This document shows, piece after piece, positions 1 through 9,925 of a stretch of DNA of 64,000 nt. The DNA is from Spirochaetia bacterium (GTDB lineage Bacteria; Spirochaetota; Spirochaetia; CAKZLE01). Numbering within the stretch: position 1 is the first letter of the stretch; the number at the start of each line of letters is the position of its first letter. A model generated the notes under the pieces. It was not told where the DNA came from, ran no database searches, and worked only from the letters and a program-made list of their open reading frames with translations. The position numbers and the translations under genes were made by a program. Location: contig OY782041.1 in assembly GCA_963677595.1 (NCBI GenBank), forward strand, positions 1,824,001 through 1,888,000. The letters are read 5' to 3'.

Positions 1-1
1 C

Positions 2-769
2 GGCCGAAAGATCGAGAATGTCTATAACAGGACTTATAACACCCCCGGTGATGTCGTCCTCGAGACACAGGAGTTGACCGGGAAACGGTTCAGGAACGTG
101 AACATCAGCGTGCGGAAGGGTGAGATCGTCGGGCTGGCAGGCCTCGTAGGGGCAGGGCGGACCGAGATCGCCAAGGCCGTGTTCGGATACGATATGATCG
201 ATACCGGGAAGGTGATCCTTCACGGGAAAGAGATACCCCTGAAGGGGTACTCGACCTACGACGCCGTCAGGAAACGGATGTCCTTCATCCCTGAGGACAG
301 GAAACAGGAGGGCCTCTGCATACAGATGAGTATCAATGAGAACATCGTCATGTCGGCACTCCCCGAACTGTTCAGCAGGGGGATCGTCAAGGAGAACGTC
401 CTTGCCAAGGTCTCGAAGAAGGGGATTAAGGAACTGGGCATCATCACGACCTCCGGGAACAAGAAGGTGAACAACCTCTCCGGCGGGAACCAGCAGAAGG
501 TCGTCGTGGCAAAATGGATGGTGACCGAGAGCGACCTGTTCATCTTCGATGAGCCGACGCGAGGTATTGATGTCGGTGCGAAATCTGAGATCTATGCGTT
601 GATGAACAATCTGGCAAGACAGGGTGCGGGTATCCTCATGATCAGTTCGGACCTTCCTGAACTGATCGGGCTCGCGGACAGGATCTACGTCGTGAAGGAC
701 GGGGAGCTGGCCGGCGAAGTGGCCTCGGAGGATTTCTCACAGGAACATATTCTGGGACTGGCACTGTAA
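2..769 (+). CDS. Sugar ABC transporter ATP-binding protein (CUT2/RbsA-like), 5'-truncated by the window edge
   Basis: Second NBD motifs GLVGAGRTE, LSGGNQQKV, FIFDEPTRGID, SSDLPEL; frame open back to position 2. Confidence 0.93.
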   Translation, partial: GRKIENVYNRTYNTPGDVVLETQELTGKRFRNVNISVRKGEIVGLAGLVGAGRTEIAKAVFGYDMIDTGKVILHGKEIPLKGYSTYDAVRKRMSFIPEDRKQEGLCIQMSINENIVMSALPELFSRGIVKENVLAKVSKKGIKELGIITTSGNKKVNNLSGGNQQKVVVAKWMVTESDLFIFDEPTRGIDVGAKSEIYALMNNLARQGAGILMISSDLPELIGLADRIYVVKDGELAGEVASEDFSQEHILGLAL

Positions 770-781
770 GGAGCATGTGAA

Positions 782-1765
782 ATGAATAGGATAATCATGG
801 TGTTGAAGAAGGTCCCGGGATTGATCTGGGGAGCGTTCCTGGCTCTGATAGTGTTCTCTATCATCGCCCCGAACTTCCTGAACCCGCTGAACCTCATCAA
901 CATTCTCAATAACTCATCAGTACTGCTGATAATCGCCTGCGGGATGACCATCGCGATCCTCTCCGGGCAGCTCGATATCTCGGTCGGGGGGATCGCTACC
1001 CTTGCCGCGATGTCTGCGGGACTCTTCCTGCATACGGTAGGGGACGCCTCGGCGATCCATATCATCATGGCATTCATCATCGGCATCGTCGTCGGGATGA
1101 CCGTCGGGGCCCTGAACGGCCTGCTCATCGGTGTGTATAACTACAACTACTGGCTCGTGACCTTCTCCACGATGAGTATCGCTTACGGCCTCTCGCAGGT
1201 GCTCACAAACGGGAATATCATATCGGGGTATTCGAAGGTGTTCAGGAACATCGCGAACCACCGACTGTTCGGTATGCCCCAGCTTGTCTGGATAGCCCTG
1301 CTGGTGGTCATCATCGTGATGTTCATCACCTATAAGACGAAGTTCGGCATGCATATCTACGCCATCGGTGACTCTGAGCAGTGTGCGGCCCAGTCGGGGA
1401 TCAACGTGAAGCGGTACCGGTTCTCGATCTATGTGATTGCTGGCGGCCTTGCGGGTCTTGGCGGTGTGCTGCTGGTCTCGAGGACCAACTCAGCCTCCCC
1501 GATCATCGGGTTCGGCTATGAGTTCGATGCGATCGCAGCGGTCATCATCGGCGGTACCCCCTTCAGCGGCGGCAGCGGCGGGGTCGTCGGTACGGTCGTC
1601 GGTACGGTGATGCTCTATGCGATCAAGGCCGGGCTGCAGCTCGTCGGGTTCAGCGTCTATGTCCAGCAGGTGTTCATCGGTATATTCATCCTCTCGATCA
1701 TCGTCGTGGACGTGATCAATGAGAACCGGAAGAAAGAGAAAGGATCAAGGAGGGTGTACAAATGA
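782..1765 (+). CDS. Sugar ABC transporter permease (RbsC-like)
   Basis: Hydrophobic; GQLDISVG, T.FG..IYAIG, YEFDAIAAVIIGG motifs; SD aaggag. Confidence 0.92.
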   Translation: MNRIIMVLKKVPGLIWGAFLALIVFSIIAPNFLNPLNLINILNNSSVLLIIACGMTIAILSGQLDISVGGIATLAAMSAGLFLHTVGDASAIHIIMAFIIGIVVGMTVGALNGLLIGVYNYNYWLVTFSTMSIAYGLSQVLTNGNIISGYSKVFRNIANHRLFGMPQLVWIALLVVIIVMFITYKTKFGMHIYAIGDSEQCAAQSGINVKRYRFSIYVIAGGLAGLGGVLLVSRTNSASPIIGFGYEFDAIAAVIIGGTPFSGGSGGVVGTVVGTVMLYAIKAGLQLVGFSVYVQQVFIGIFILSIIVVDVINENRKKEKGSRRVYK

Positions 1766-2721
1766 AAAATGCACTGACTAAGTTCTTACTGTTCAAGTTC
1801 TCCAGGCCCCTGATCCTGATCGTGCTCGTCATCGTCTTCACGGTGTTCACCGATACCTTCTGGGCTCCCGGTAACTGGACGAACATCTCGAACATCATCC
1901 TGCAGCAGGCACCGTTCAGCGTACTGCTGGCGACCGCCATGACCATGACGATCATCCTCAACGGGTTCGACCTGTCGATCGGTGCCTCGGTCGCGTTCAT
2001 CTCCTGCGTATGCGGGTATATCCTCCGTGCTACCGGTAACCCCTTCTTCGCGATCGTCGCAGGGATCGGGCTCGGGGCTCTGGTGGGCACCGTGAACGGG
2101 ATCCTCACCACCAAGGCAAAGATCCCCTCCTTTGTCTCGACCTATGCCATGAAGTGGGTACTCAACGGATTCGCGCTGGTGCTCCTGGGGGGAAAGCAGA
2201 TCTATGATTTCGGTCCCACATTCAGGCCGCTGTTCATCTCGAACAAGTTCACCTTCTTCTACATCATGCTGGTGATCCTCGTCGTGGTAGGGCTGGTCAT
2301 GAAGTTCTCCGTCTTCGGGAAGCAGGTCTACGCAACCGGCCACAACCCGGATGCAGCGAGGATATCGGGGATCAAGACCGACCTGGTAACGATCAAGATC
2401 TACCTGATGGGCGGCATGATCGTCGGGCTGGTAGCTGTCATGTACATCGCCAACCTCGGGACGGCAGAACCGAACATCGGTACGGACTTCCCGATCAACG
2501 CCATCGCAGCTGCCCTCATCGGCGGTACGGCGATCGGGGGGGGGAGCGGATCGGTCGGCAAGGCGATCTTCGGTGCGATGATCATCCTTACCCTGCAGAA
2601 CGGCATGGTCCAGATCGGGGTGCCGAGTGTATGGCAGCAGGTCATCGTGGGAATGGTCATCCTCCTCTCGATCTTCATGGAGCGGGGGCTCAAGCAGCTT
2701 GCCGTGAAGTATGAGGAATGA
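1762..2721 (+). CDS. Sugar ABC transporter permease (RbsC-like)
   Basis: GFDLSIG, FGKQVYATG.N..AA..SGI, AIAAALIGG; ATGA overlap with upstream gene. Confidence 0.92.
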   Translation: MKNALTKFLLFKFSRPLILIVLVIVFTVFTDTFWAPGNWTNISNIILQQAPFSVLLATAMTMTIILNGFDLSIGASVAFISCVCGYILRATGNPFFAIVAGIGLGALVGTVNGILTTKAKIPSFVSTYAMKWVLNGFALVLLGGKQIYDFGPTFRPLFISNKFTFFYIMLVILVVVGLVMKFSVFGKQVYATGHNPDAARISGIKTDLVTIKIYLMGGMIVGLVAVMYIANLGTAEPNIGTDFPINAIAAALIGGTAIGGGSGSVGKAIFGAMIILTLQNGMVQIGVPSVWQQVIVGMVILLSIFMERGLKQLAVKYEE

Positions 2722-2761
2722 TCTAACATAGTAAGACTGAATCGTATATATAGAACCTCCT

Positions 2762-2797
2762 GAGCAGGTTCCTGTCATCACCGGCAGGAACCTGTTC
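2762..2797. terminator. Hairpin between convergent genes (probable bidirectional terminator)
   Basis: GAGCAGGTTCCTGTC-atcacc-GGCAGGAACCTGTTC, 15-bp stem with G-U pairs. Confidence 0.6.
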
Positions 2798-3397
2798 TCA
2801 TGGGATGAACCGTGCCAGGAACATAGCCGAGATCTCCCGCACGCGGTAGGACACCTCATCCCTGTCGGAGGATCCCATCTGCATGGAGGGGACGAGGATG
2901 ACCCCGTCCACGATCTCCCACAGGAGCATCGTCGACCGGCGTACATCGGGTACTTTCAACCCTCGGTCCTCCTTTGCTGCACGCAGCCATCGCTCAAGGG
3001 TCTTCTGCCGTTTGCTGTACGTTCCTTCGATCTCCCCCGCTATTGTCGGGTCTGTATGGACATAGGTATATATGGTGAACGCGAACTTCAGCAAGGTCGG
3101 GTCCTCGAGGATGTTCAGCTCGTGCCGGATGATATCCTCAAGCTGCAGCTGCAGCGGAACGGCTGGGTCGTACTCGATATCCTTCGCCCTTGATACCATG
3201 TCGACGAACTGCCCGGCCAGTTCGAGATAGAGTTCCTTCTTCGAGCTGAAGTGGTTGTAGACGGTGCGTTTCGATGCGTTGGCTGCCTCCGCGATCATGT
3301 CCATGCCTGCTCCCGCATAGCCATATCCGCTGAAGACTTGCAGGGCTGCCTGGAGGATCTGCTGGTGCTTCTTGTCTGTGTTTCGCGTTCGTTTCAT
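2798..3397 (-). CDS. TetR/AcrR family transcriptional regulator
   Basis: N-terminal HTH ILQAALQVFS..GY....MDMIAEAANASKRTVYNHFSSK; ATG 3397 chosen for SD agaagg. Confidence 0.92.
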   Translation of the reverse strand: MKRTRNTDKKHQQILQAALQVFSGYGYAGAGMDMIAEAANASKRTVYNHFSSKKELYLELAGQFVDMVSRAKDIEYDPAVPLQLQLEDIIRHELNILEDPTLLKFAFTIYTYVHTDPTIAGEIEGTYSKRQKTLERWLRAAKEDRGLKVPDVRRSTMLLWEIVDGVILVPSMQMGSSDRDEVSYRVREISAMFLARFIP

Positions 3398-3410
3398 ACC
3401 CAACCTTCTA

Positions 3411-3484
3411 AAAGTAAACTAGTGAGTGTAATTATCTTGACTATATGCCTGACTATTCTTACATTACACTATATAGTTTACTTT
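3411..3484. promoter_or_regulatory. Pair of inverted operator-like sites in the tetR / membrane-protein divergent promoter
   Basis: AAAGTAAACTAGTGAGTGTAAT (3411-3432) matches the reverse complement of ATTACACTATATAGTTTACTTT (3463-3484) at 19/22; each is a quasi-palindrome TAMACT-N4-AGTKTA. Confidence 0.7.
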
Positions 3485-3519
3485 AACGGTAAACATGAGC
3501 TTTTACAAGGAGTTTTGTT

Positions 3520-4221
3520 ATGAAAGAACATAGAAGACATGCTATCCTGGCCGGAGTGTTCTATATCACGGCAGCGGCGACTTCGATCATCGCGGTGATC
3601 CTCTATGAGCCGATACTCTCGGGGGACTGGCTGACAGCAGTCATGGACGGGTACCGGGCACAACTGCTCGCAGGCGTCGCGAATGATATCCTGCTGATCA
3701 TGTCCATGATCGGTACGGCGGTGATGCTCTTCCCCTATCTGCGACGCCAGCATGAGAGCGCTGCCCTGGGGTACTTCAGCTTCAGGCTGATGGAATCGGT
3801 GGCGATCATGATCGGGCTGGTCGCGATCCTCGGGTTGGTGAATATCAGCAGTGCCGCAGCGGCAGAGTCGATTCAGAAGTCAGAAGGGGTCCTGGCAGCC
3901 GGGACAGCCCTGCAGGCATTCCACAGCTGGACCTTCATGATCGGGCCGAACCTCATGCTGGGACCGAACACCCTGCTCTACAGTCTGGTGTTCCTCGCAT
4001 CGGGATTGGTCCCAAGAAAGCTGGCATGGTTCGGTATCGTGACTGCGATCCTCGTGTGTGCTGCAGGGTGGCTCGAGATGTTCGGTGTCATAGACCCCCT
4101 CTCTACAGCGAAGGGACTGCTTGGACTCCCGATCGCAGGCTATGAGATGACCCTCGCAGGATGGCTGATCGCGAAGGGGTTCGATGTACAGGCGCTCAAG
4201 CGGTTGGGCTTCACCAGTTGA
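3520..4221 (+). CDS. DUF4386-like integral membrane protein
   Basis: Multiple TM segments; AILAGVFYI, ALGYFSFRLME, LVPRKLAWFG, YEMTLAGWLIAKGF pattern. Confidence 0.75.
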   Translation: MKEHRRHAILAGVFYITAAATSIIAVILYEPILSGDWLTAVMDGYRAQLLAGVANDILLIMSMIGTAVMLFPYLRRQHESAALGYFSFRLMESVAIMIGLVAILGLVNISSAAAAESIQKSEGVLAAGTALQAFHSWTFMIGPNLMLGPNTLLYSLVFLASGLVPRKLAWFGIVTAILVCAAGWLEMFGVIDPLSTAKGLLGLPIAGYEMTLAGWLIAKGFDVQALKRLGFTS

Positions 4222-4341
4222 CCATGACCTGGAGTACAGCCTTAGGAGAGATTCATGTATTTCTCATCTAAGGCTGTTCACAGTTCAGGGACTTCAGGTT
4301 ATCATGGTGAATAGCGTGACAAGACAAGGAGGGTGTGTGTC

Positions 4342-5028
4342 GTGAAGGATGGTTGGAGCGGCATCTATAAGACGACGAGGGTCCTGACGGTCATCATGCT
4401 GGTGCTGATCCCGATACAGATACTCGTATTCATGCTTACTGACCATCCTCAGGATGTGAATACATGGTTCAGTCTATTCAACAGGAACCCTTTTCTTGGC
4501 TTGCTCCATATGGACCTGCTCTACCTGGTTAACAACATCATTCTGGGATTCATCTATCTTTCCATATTCTTATCCCTCTACGAGTCAGACAGGACCCTGG
4601 CCACGGCCATGCTCCTGCTTGGCATGATCGGCCTGGTTTCCTACATCCCATCGAACAAGGCAGTGGAGATGTTCTTCCTCAGCAGGGAGTATGCTGCAGC
4701 GGATGAGGCGATGCAGGGCATCCTCTCCTCGTCCGCTGTGACCCTGCTGCTGGGGTGGAAGGGTACGGCGTACGTGACCTATTACTTACTTGATGCCATT
4801 GCCCTCTTCCTGATTGCAGCTGCCATGTTCCGAAGCAGCACCTACAGCAGGGCGATCGCTTCCTGGGCTCTTGCTTCCGCTGTCTTCATGACCATCCCCG
4901 CGAACTTCGGGACGGTCGGGCTCGTCTTCTCCCTGCTCTCGCTCATTCCCTGGTATGGCTTCTGTGTGCTGTTCGTGCGGCAACTCTCCAGGGACACGTC
5001 TGGATCCCCAAGCCAAATCCTTGAATAA
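4342..5028 (+). CDS. Integral membrane protein (DUF4386-like, uncertain)
   Basis: About 6 hydrophobic segments; WFSLF..NPFLGLLHMDLL motif; GTG start after ggagg. Confidence 0.65.
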   Translation: MKDGWSGIYKTTRVLTVIMLVLIPIQILVFMLTDHPQDVNTWFSLFNRNPFLGLLHMDLLYLVNNIILGFIYLSIFLSLYESDRTLATAMLLLGMIGLVSYIPSNKAVEMFFLSREYAAADEAMQGILSSSAVTLLLGWKGTAYVTYYLLDAIALFLIAAAMFRSSTYSRAIASWALASAVFMTIPANFGTVGLVFSLLSLIPWYGFCVLFVRQLSRDTSGSPSQILE

Positions 5029-5057
5029 TTGACTCATGGTTAATACCATAGTAAAAT
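5029..5057 (+). promoter_or_regulatory. Sigma70-type promoter of the VOC gene, with a small palindrome in the spacer
   Basis: TTGACT-17 bp-TAAAAT; ATGGT-TAAT-ACCAT at 5036-5049. Confidence 0.55.
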
Positions 5058-5093
5058 TGTAAGATATTACTATGCTTATCGGAGGATGGTTAC

Positions 5094-5531
5094 ATGAACT
5101 TCAATCCCTATTTTCTGATGGACGGTGATGCTGAAGAGGCAATCCTGCTCTATGTCGGGGCATTCAAGGGTGAATACCAGATCATGAAATACAAGGATGC
5201 GCCGCAGGGCCCTGGGGCACCTCCTCTCCCTGGGGAGATGATGGAGCTGGTCATGCACGGGGAGGTCCGTTTCGGGGAGACGGCGATCATGGTATGTGAT
5301 GCCACCCCCATGTCGCCTGTGACGAAGGGTAACAATGTCCAGGTTGCGGTATCGGTCGAGAGTGCTGACGATGTGACAAGGATCCACGGGCTTTTAGCAG
5401 AAGGGGGACAGACCCTGATGGCACCGCAGCAGACCTTCTTCGCACAGAACTATGCCTCGGTGACTGACCGGTTCGGAGTCACCTGGCAGCTCATCGCGCC
5501 GAAAGAGGAGACGGTCGAGACCTGGACCTGA
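5094..5531 (+). CDS. VOC family protein (PhnB/YjdN-like)
   Basis: NPYF..DG.AEEAI..Y, VMHGE, LAEGG...M....TFFA..Y....DRFGVTWQL. Confidence 0.88.
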   Translation: MNFNPYFLMDGDAEEAILLYVGAFKGEYQIMKYKDAPQGPGAPPLPGEMMELVMHGEVRFGETAIMVCDATPMSPVTKGNNVQVAVSVESADDVTRIHGLLAEGGQTLMAPQQTFFAQNYASVTDRFGVTWQLIAPKEETVETWT

Positions 5532-5708
5532 GGATGGAGTGATCCATCTCTACCCTGTGTATCTGATTGAAAAAGTTACCTATAGGCCAGATTTTTGTGC
5601 TATTATAATGGAATATAAGGATGTGATTCTGACAGGTTACTCATGGTATGCGGATACGTATCGATGACTTCAATCAGTTGCACAGGTATTGCGGCGTCAG
5701 GAGGGTAT

Positions 5709-8700
5709 ATGGATAGGAGCGAATGGTTTTCATCTAAGATGCAGGTCCTTGATGAGTGTATCTATCTCACTGCCCGCTCCCCCCTGTCGGAAGCTGAAGT
5801 ATTCCAGAAGATCACAGACCTCTTGCCGAAAGCCTTCCAGATGACGGCCCCTGTCTCCGTCGAGCTTGAGATCGGGTTGAAGAGTTATCGGGATGTGCAC
5901 TACCAAAGGCGGGACGCAAGCCTGACCGAGGTGCTGAAAGCCGACGGAGAGGAGGTCGGGAGCATCCGGGTCTTGTACGACCGGTTCCCTGACGATGTCG
6001 ACAAACTCGCAATTCTCTCCGATGAGCGCATCTTCCTCACTACCATCACCCAGATCCTTTCGGGCTATCTGGTCAAGAGCCAGAGTGCCCGTGAATACCG
6101 TACCTATGAGAGTCGGGCGAAGGACTTCCTCGATTCCTTCAAGGACGTCTTCTATGAGATCTCACAGGATGGGACCGTCCTCTATGTGAATGACCAGATC
6201 GAGTCGGTGATCGGGTACACCGCCGGGGAGGTCATCGGGAAGAACATCCTTGAGTTCGTCTCCCCGGAAGATTCAGAACTCGTCCTGGCCCAGCTTGGTA
6301 TGTTGGGCTCCGATGATGCCCGCTTCGATATACCGGCACGCCACAAGAACGGCACTACCATCTGGCTCTCCCTGTCGGCAAAATCCATCACGGACCCCGA
6401 CGGGAAGAAGACCCTGCGGGGGACGATCTACGAGGCGACCACCAGCATGACGAGCAGGCTCGACCTGGAGACGAGGGAAGCCCTCTACCGGAACCTGATC
6501 AACTCCCAGAGCAACCTCGTCTTCCAGATCGATGTCCGGGGAAAGATCACCTATTTCAACAAGCGCTGCAAGGAGTACTTCGGCTGGATCTATCCAGCGA
6601 GCATCATCGGGGAGAAGCCGCTGAAGACCGTGCAGACCTACCACCACAAGCGGGTCCTCTCCTATATCAAGAAGAGTTACGAGCACCCGGAGCAGATCTT
6701 CCAGGCTGAGCTTGACCATTACGGGAAGGACGATACGACCGTGACGATCCTCTGGGAGTTCGTCAGCATCTCCGATGAACACGGGAAGGTGAGCGGGATC
6801 CAGCTTCAGGGTGTCGATATCACGAAGCGGAAGAAGGTAGAGAAGGACCTCCTTATCTATAAGGAGAGTGTCGACCAGGCGAATATCGGGGTCGTGCTCC
6901 TCGGGGAGGACAATACCCATATCTATGTGAACGAGCAGCTCTGCCGGTTCTTCAGGCAGGAAAAAGAGGCCTTCATCGGGAAGCGTATGGAGGAGATCCA
7001 TCCACTCTGGGTACTCGAGAGGGTGGCAGACCTCTCCATCAAGCTTGCCCGTGACGGTGAGTTCTATTCGGAGCCGATCGATTTCGAGCGTAAGGATGGG
7101 AGCAGGTTCTCGACCCTGATCAACGGCAAGCTGCTCTACGACAGGAATGGGCGCTTTCTCTGTAAGTCGATCTCGATGCTCGATGTCACCGACCAGAAGA
7201 TGCAGGATGACAGGATCCGCGAGAGCGAACTGCAGCTCAGCCGTGCCCAGGAGATCGCCAATATGGGGAGCTGGAGCTACGGACTGACCGACGGCAGCTG
7301 TGAATGGTCGGACAACTGCTTCCGGCTGGTGGGGAAGACAATAGGGGATGATCCCTGGAGCATGGAGGAGATGTTCGGCCATATCATCCCTGAAGACCGC
7401 CACATCTTCCAGGAGGCCATGGAGTCCTTCGGGAAGGGGAGCGAGAACGCCAATATCCAGTTCAGGATGCATATAGACGATGATGGGATCCGCTGGTTCT
7501 ATCTCTTCATCCAGCCCGAGTTCCGGGACGGGGAGATGACCGCGATCCATGGGGTCAGCATCGATATCACGAAGGAACAGGAAGCACAGGTGCGTGAGCT
7601 CGAGGCCCAGGAACGAGCCAAGCGGCAGCGGAAGGCGATCGCCGAGGTCATCAGTGACGAGGCGGTGATCAACGGGAAGATGCCCGATGCCATGGAGCAT
7701 ATCGCCAAGGTCATCTCTGCCGCCCTCGATATCCAGTACGTCCGGGTCCTCATGCTCTCCGAGAACCAGAAGATCCTCAAGTGTGTGCTCGGCTACAGCA
7801 GCGAGCAGCAGTGCTTCCTGAAAGGGAGGGACTTCGCCGTAGCCGATTACCCCCGGTATTTCAAGGCACTGAAGAAGAAACGGCGCCTCGCCGTCTATGA
7901 CGCGGCAGCCTCCCCGCTCGTGGATGAGCTCCGGGACGAGCTCCTCGCTCCCTGCGGCGTCTCTTCCATGCTCGATTACGGGATCTCCCTCGGGGGCCGG
8001 CTGATCGGTATCCTGAGTCTCTGGTATGTCCCCTCACCGAGACTGTGGTTCCCTGACGAGGAAGCCTTCGCCAGTACCATCGCTTCGATCATATCGCAGA
8101 CCTTCGCCGGGATCGAGATGCGTGATGCCGTCGCCCAGCTGGAGCACAGCGAGAAGCGGTACCGGACGATCGTCGAGACCACCCACGAGGGACTCTGGCT
8201 CCTCGATGGTGAGGACAGGACCACCTTCCTGAACAGCCGCATGGCATCGATGCTCGATTACTCGACCGAGGAGCTCCAGGGAAGCGACTTCTTCTCCTTC
8301 GTGGATGAGGAGGACCTGGACCGGGCCAGGAGGCTCCTCTCCTGCTCGGCAGCTGAGGGCAAGGCTGATGAGTATGAGTTCCAGCTGATCCGCCGGGACG
8401 GCAGTACCATCATCACCAGCGTGAAGTCGGAGCCGGTCTTTGATGAAAAGGGCACGGTCATCGGCACGCAGAAGATGGTCCTCGACATAACGGATGCGAA
8501 ACGGGCTGAGGAGGAGCAGATCGCACGGCAGGCAGCCGAGGAGGCGAACCGGTCGAAGAGCGTCTTCCTCTCAAACATGAGCCATGAGATCAGGACCCCG
8601 CTCAACGCCATCATCGGGTTCTCCCAGATCCTGCAGCGGGATGAGTCCCTCACCCCGAAGCAGGTAGACCAGATCCAGACCATCGCACGGAGCGGTGAGC

Positions 8701-9917
8701 ACCTGCTCGAGCTGATCAACGATATCCTCGATCTCTCCAAGATCGAGGCGGGCAGGGTCACGATCAACCTGACCGACTTCAACCTCCATACCTTCATAGA
8801 CGACATTCGTAACCTCTTCTACCTCCCATCGACGAGAAAGGGGCTCTCCCTCGATTTCGAGGGGAAGGACGCCATCCCCGAGTTCATCACGGCTGATGAG
8901 GGCAAGCTCCGGCAGGTACTCATCAACCTTCTTGGGAATGCGATGAAGTTCACCAAGGAGGGCGGGATCGCCGTCCGGCTCGATTCCGAGGAACGCCCCG
9001 AAGGGACCTTCCTGCTCGGCGAGGTCGAGGATACCGGGGTCGGTATCCCAGAAAAGGATATCGCCACGATCTTCGACTCCTTCAGGCAGTCGGAAGCGGG
9101 GAAGCATATGGGCGGGACCGGCCTCGGACTTGCCATCTGCAAGCAGATGCTCGAGTTCATGGGCGGGAGCATCATCGTCGAGAGTACCTTCGGCAGGGGG
9201 ACCGTCTTCCGGTTCGCCTTCCCCATCACGCAGGCTGAGAAGATCACCGAGAGGGAGAGCAGTATGCTCGACCGTGAGGTGATCGGCCTCGATGAGCGGT
9301 CAGGGAAGGTGAGGATCCTCATCGTGGATGACCGCAAGGAGAACCGGGACCTGCTCGAGGAGATCCTGATGCCAATCGGCTTCGTCACCGAGCTCGCGGA
9401 GAACGGGAAGGAGGCTGTGGAGAAGTTCTTCTCCTGGAAGCCGGACTGTATCCTCATGGACCTGAGGATGCCGGTCCTCGACGGGTATGAGGCGACCAAC
9501 CAGATCAAGAAGGACAAGCTCGGCAGCAGGGTACCGGTCATCGCGGTCACTGCCAGTGCCTTCGAGGACGACGAGAAGGAGGTCCTCCGCGCAGGCTTCG
9601 ACGGGTATATCAGGAAGCCGTTCAGGAGGGGGGAGCTCTTCGCTTCCCTACAGAAACTCTGCGATATTACCTACCTCTTCAGCAACGGGTCGGGACCGGC
9701 AGGGGAGCCTTCCGAGCCCGCAGAGGATGATTTCTCCGAACTTTCGGCTGAAGCTGCCGCACAGATGCTTGAAGCTGTCGAGCAGGGTGATATGATGTTA
9801 CTGGAGGAGCTGATCCAGGGAATAGAAGAGGACTATCCGAGGATAGCGCAGACCCTGCAGGAACTTGCAGGACGATATGATTATGACGGGCTTATGAACC
9901 TGCTGGCGAAGGAGTGA
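5709..9917 (+). CDS. Soluble hybrid sensor histidine kinase (multiple PAS, GAF, HisKA, HATPase, REC)
   Basis: FLSNMSHEIRTPLNAIIG H-box, NLLGNAMKFT N-box, DTGVGI and GTGLGL G-boxes, REC ILIVDD...ILMDLRMP...KPF; ATG 5709 after ggaggg. Confidence 0.93.
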   Translation: MDRSEWFSSKMQVLDECIYLTARSPLSEAEVFQKITDLLPKAFQMTAPVSVELEIGLKSYRDVHYQRRDASLTEVLKADGEEVGSIRVLYDRFPDDVDKLAILSDERIFLTTITQILSGYLVKSQSAREYRTYESRAKDFLDSFKDVFYEISQDGTVLYVNDQIESVIGYTAGEVIGKNILEFVSPEDSELVLAQLGMLGSDDARFDIPARHKNGTTIWLSLSAKSITDPDGKKTLRGTIYEATTSMTSRLDLETREALYRNLINSQSNLVFQIDVRGKITYFNKRCKEYFGWIYPASIIGEKPLKTVQTYHHKRVLSYIKKSYEHPEQIFQAELDHYGKDDTTVTILWEFVSISDEHGKVSGIQLQGVDITKRKKVEKDLLIYKESVDQANIGVVLLGEDNTHIYVNEQLCRFFRQEKEAFIGKRMEEIHPLWVLERVADLSIKLARDGEFYSEPIDFERKDGSRFSTLINGKLLYDRNGRFLCKSISMLDVTDQKMQDDRIRESELQLSRAQEIANMGSWSYGLTDGSCEWSDNCFRLVGKTIGDDPWSMEEMFGHIIPEDRHIFQEAMESFGKGSENANIQFRMHIDDDGIRWFYLFIQPEFRDGEMTAIHGVSIDITKEQEAQVRELEAQERAKRQRKAIAEVISDEAVINGKMPDAMEHIAKVISAALDIQYVRVLMLSENQKILKCVLGYSSEQQCFLKGRDFAVADYPRYFKALKKKRRLAVYDAAASPLVDELRDELLAPCGVSSMLDYGISLGGRLIGILSLWYVPSPRLWFPDEEAFASTIASIISQTFAGIEMRDAVAQLEHSEKRYRTIVETTHEGLWLLDGEDRTTFLNSRMASMLDYSTEELQGSDFFSFVDEEDLDRARRLLSCSAAEGKADEYEFQLIRRDGSTIITSVKSEPVFDEKGTVIGTQKMVLDITDAKRAEEEQIARQAAEEANRSKSVFLSNMSHEIRTPLNAIIGFSQILQRDESLTPKQVDQIQTIARSGEHLLELINDILDLSKIEAGRVTINLTDFNLHTFIDDIRNLFYLPSTRKGLSLDFEGKDAIPEFITADEGKLRQVLINLLGNAMKFTKEGGIAVRLDSEERPEGTFLLGEVEDTGVGIPEKDIATIFDSFRQSEAGKHMGGTGLGLAICKQMLEFMGGSIIVESTFGRGTVFRFAFPITQAEKITERESSMLDREVIGLDERSGKVRILIVDDRKENRDLLEEILMPIGFVTELAENGKEAVEKFFSWKPDCILMDLRMPVLDGYEATNQIKKDKLGSRVPVIAVTASAFEDDEKEVLRAGFDGYIRKPFRRGELFASLQKLCDITYLFSNGSGPAGEPSEPAEDDFSELSAEAAAQMLEAVEQGDMMLLEELIQGIEEDYPRIAQTLQELAGRYDYDGLMNLLAKE

Positions 9918-9925
9918 GGGAACCA

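Noticed and set aside
6273-7700. 475-aa antisense ORF (similar cases: 1786-2946, 14733-15764, 17147-18190, 20308-21474, 33765-34886)
   Set aside because: Shadow ORFs opposite well-supported genes, expected from high GC3 codon bias; no recognisable motifs.
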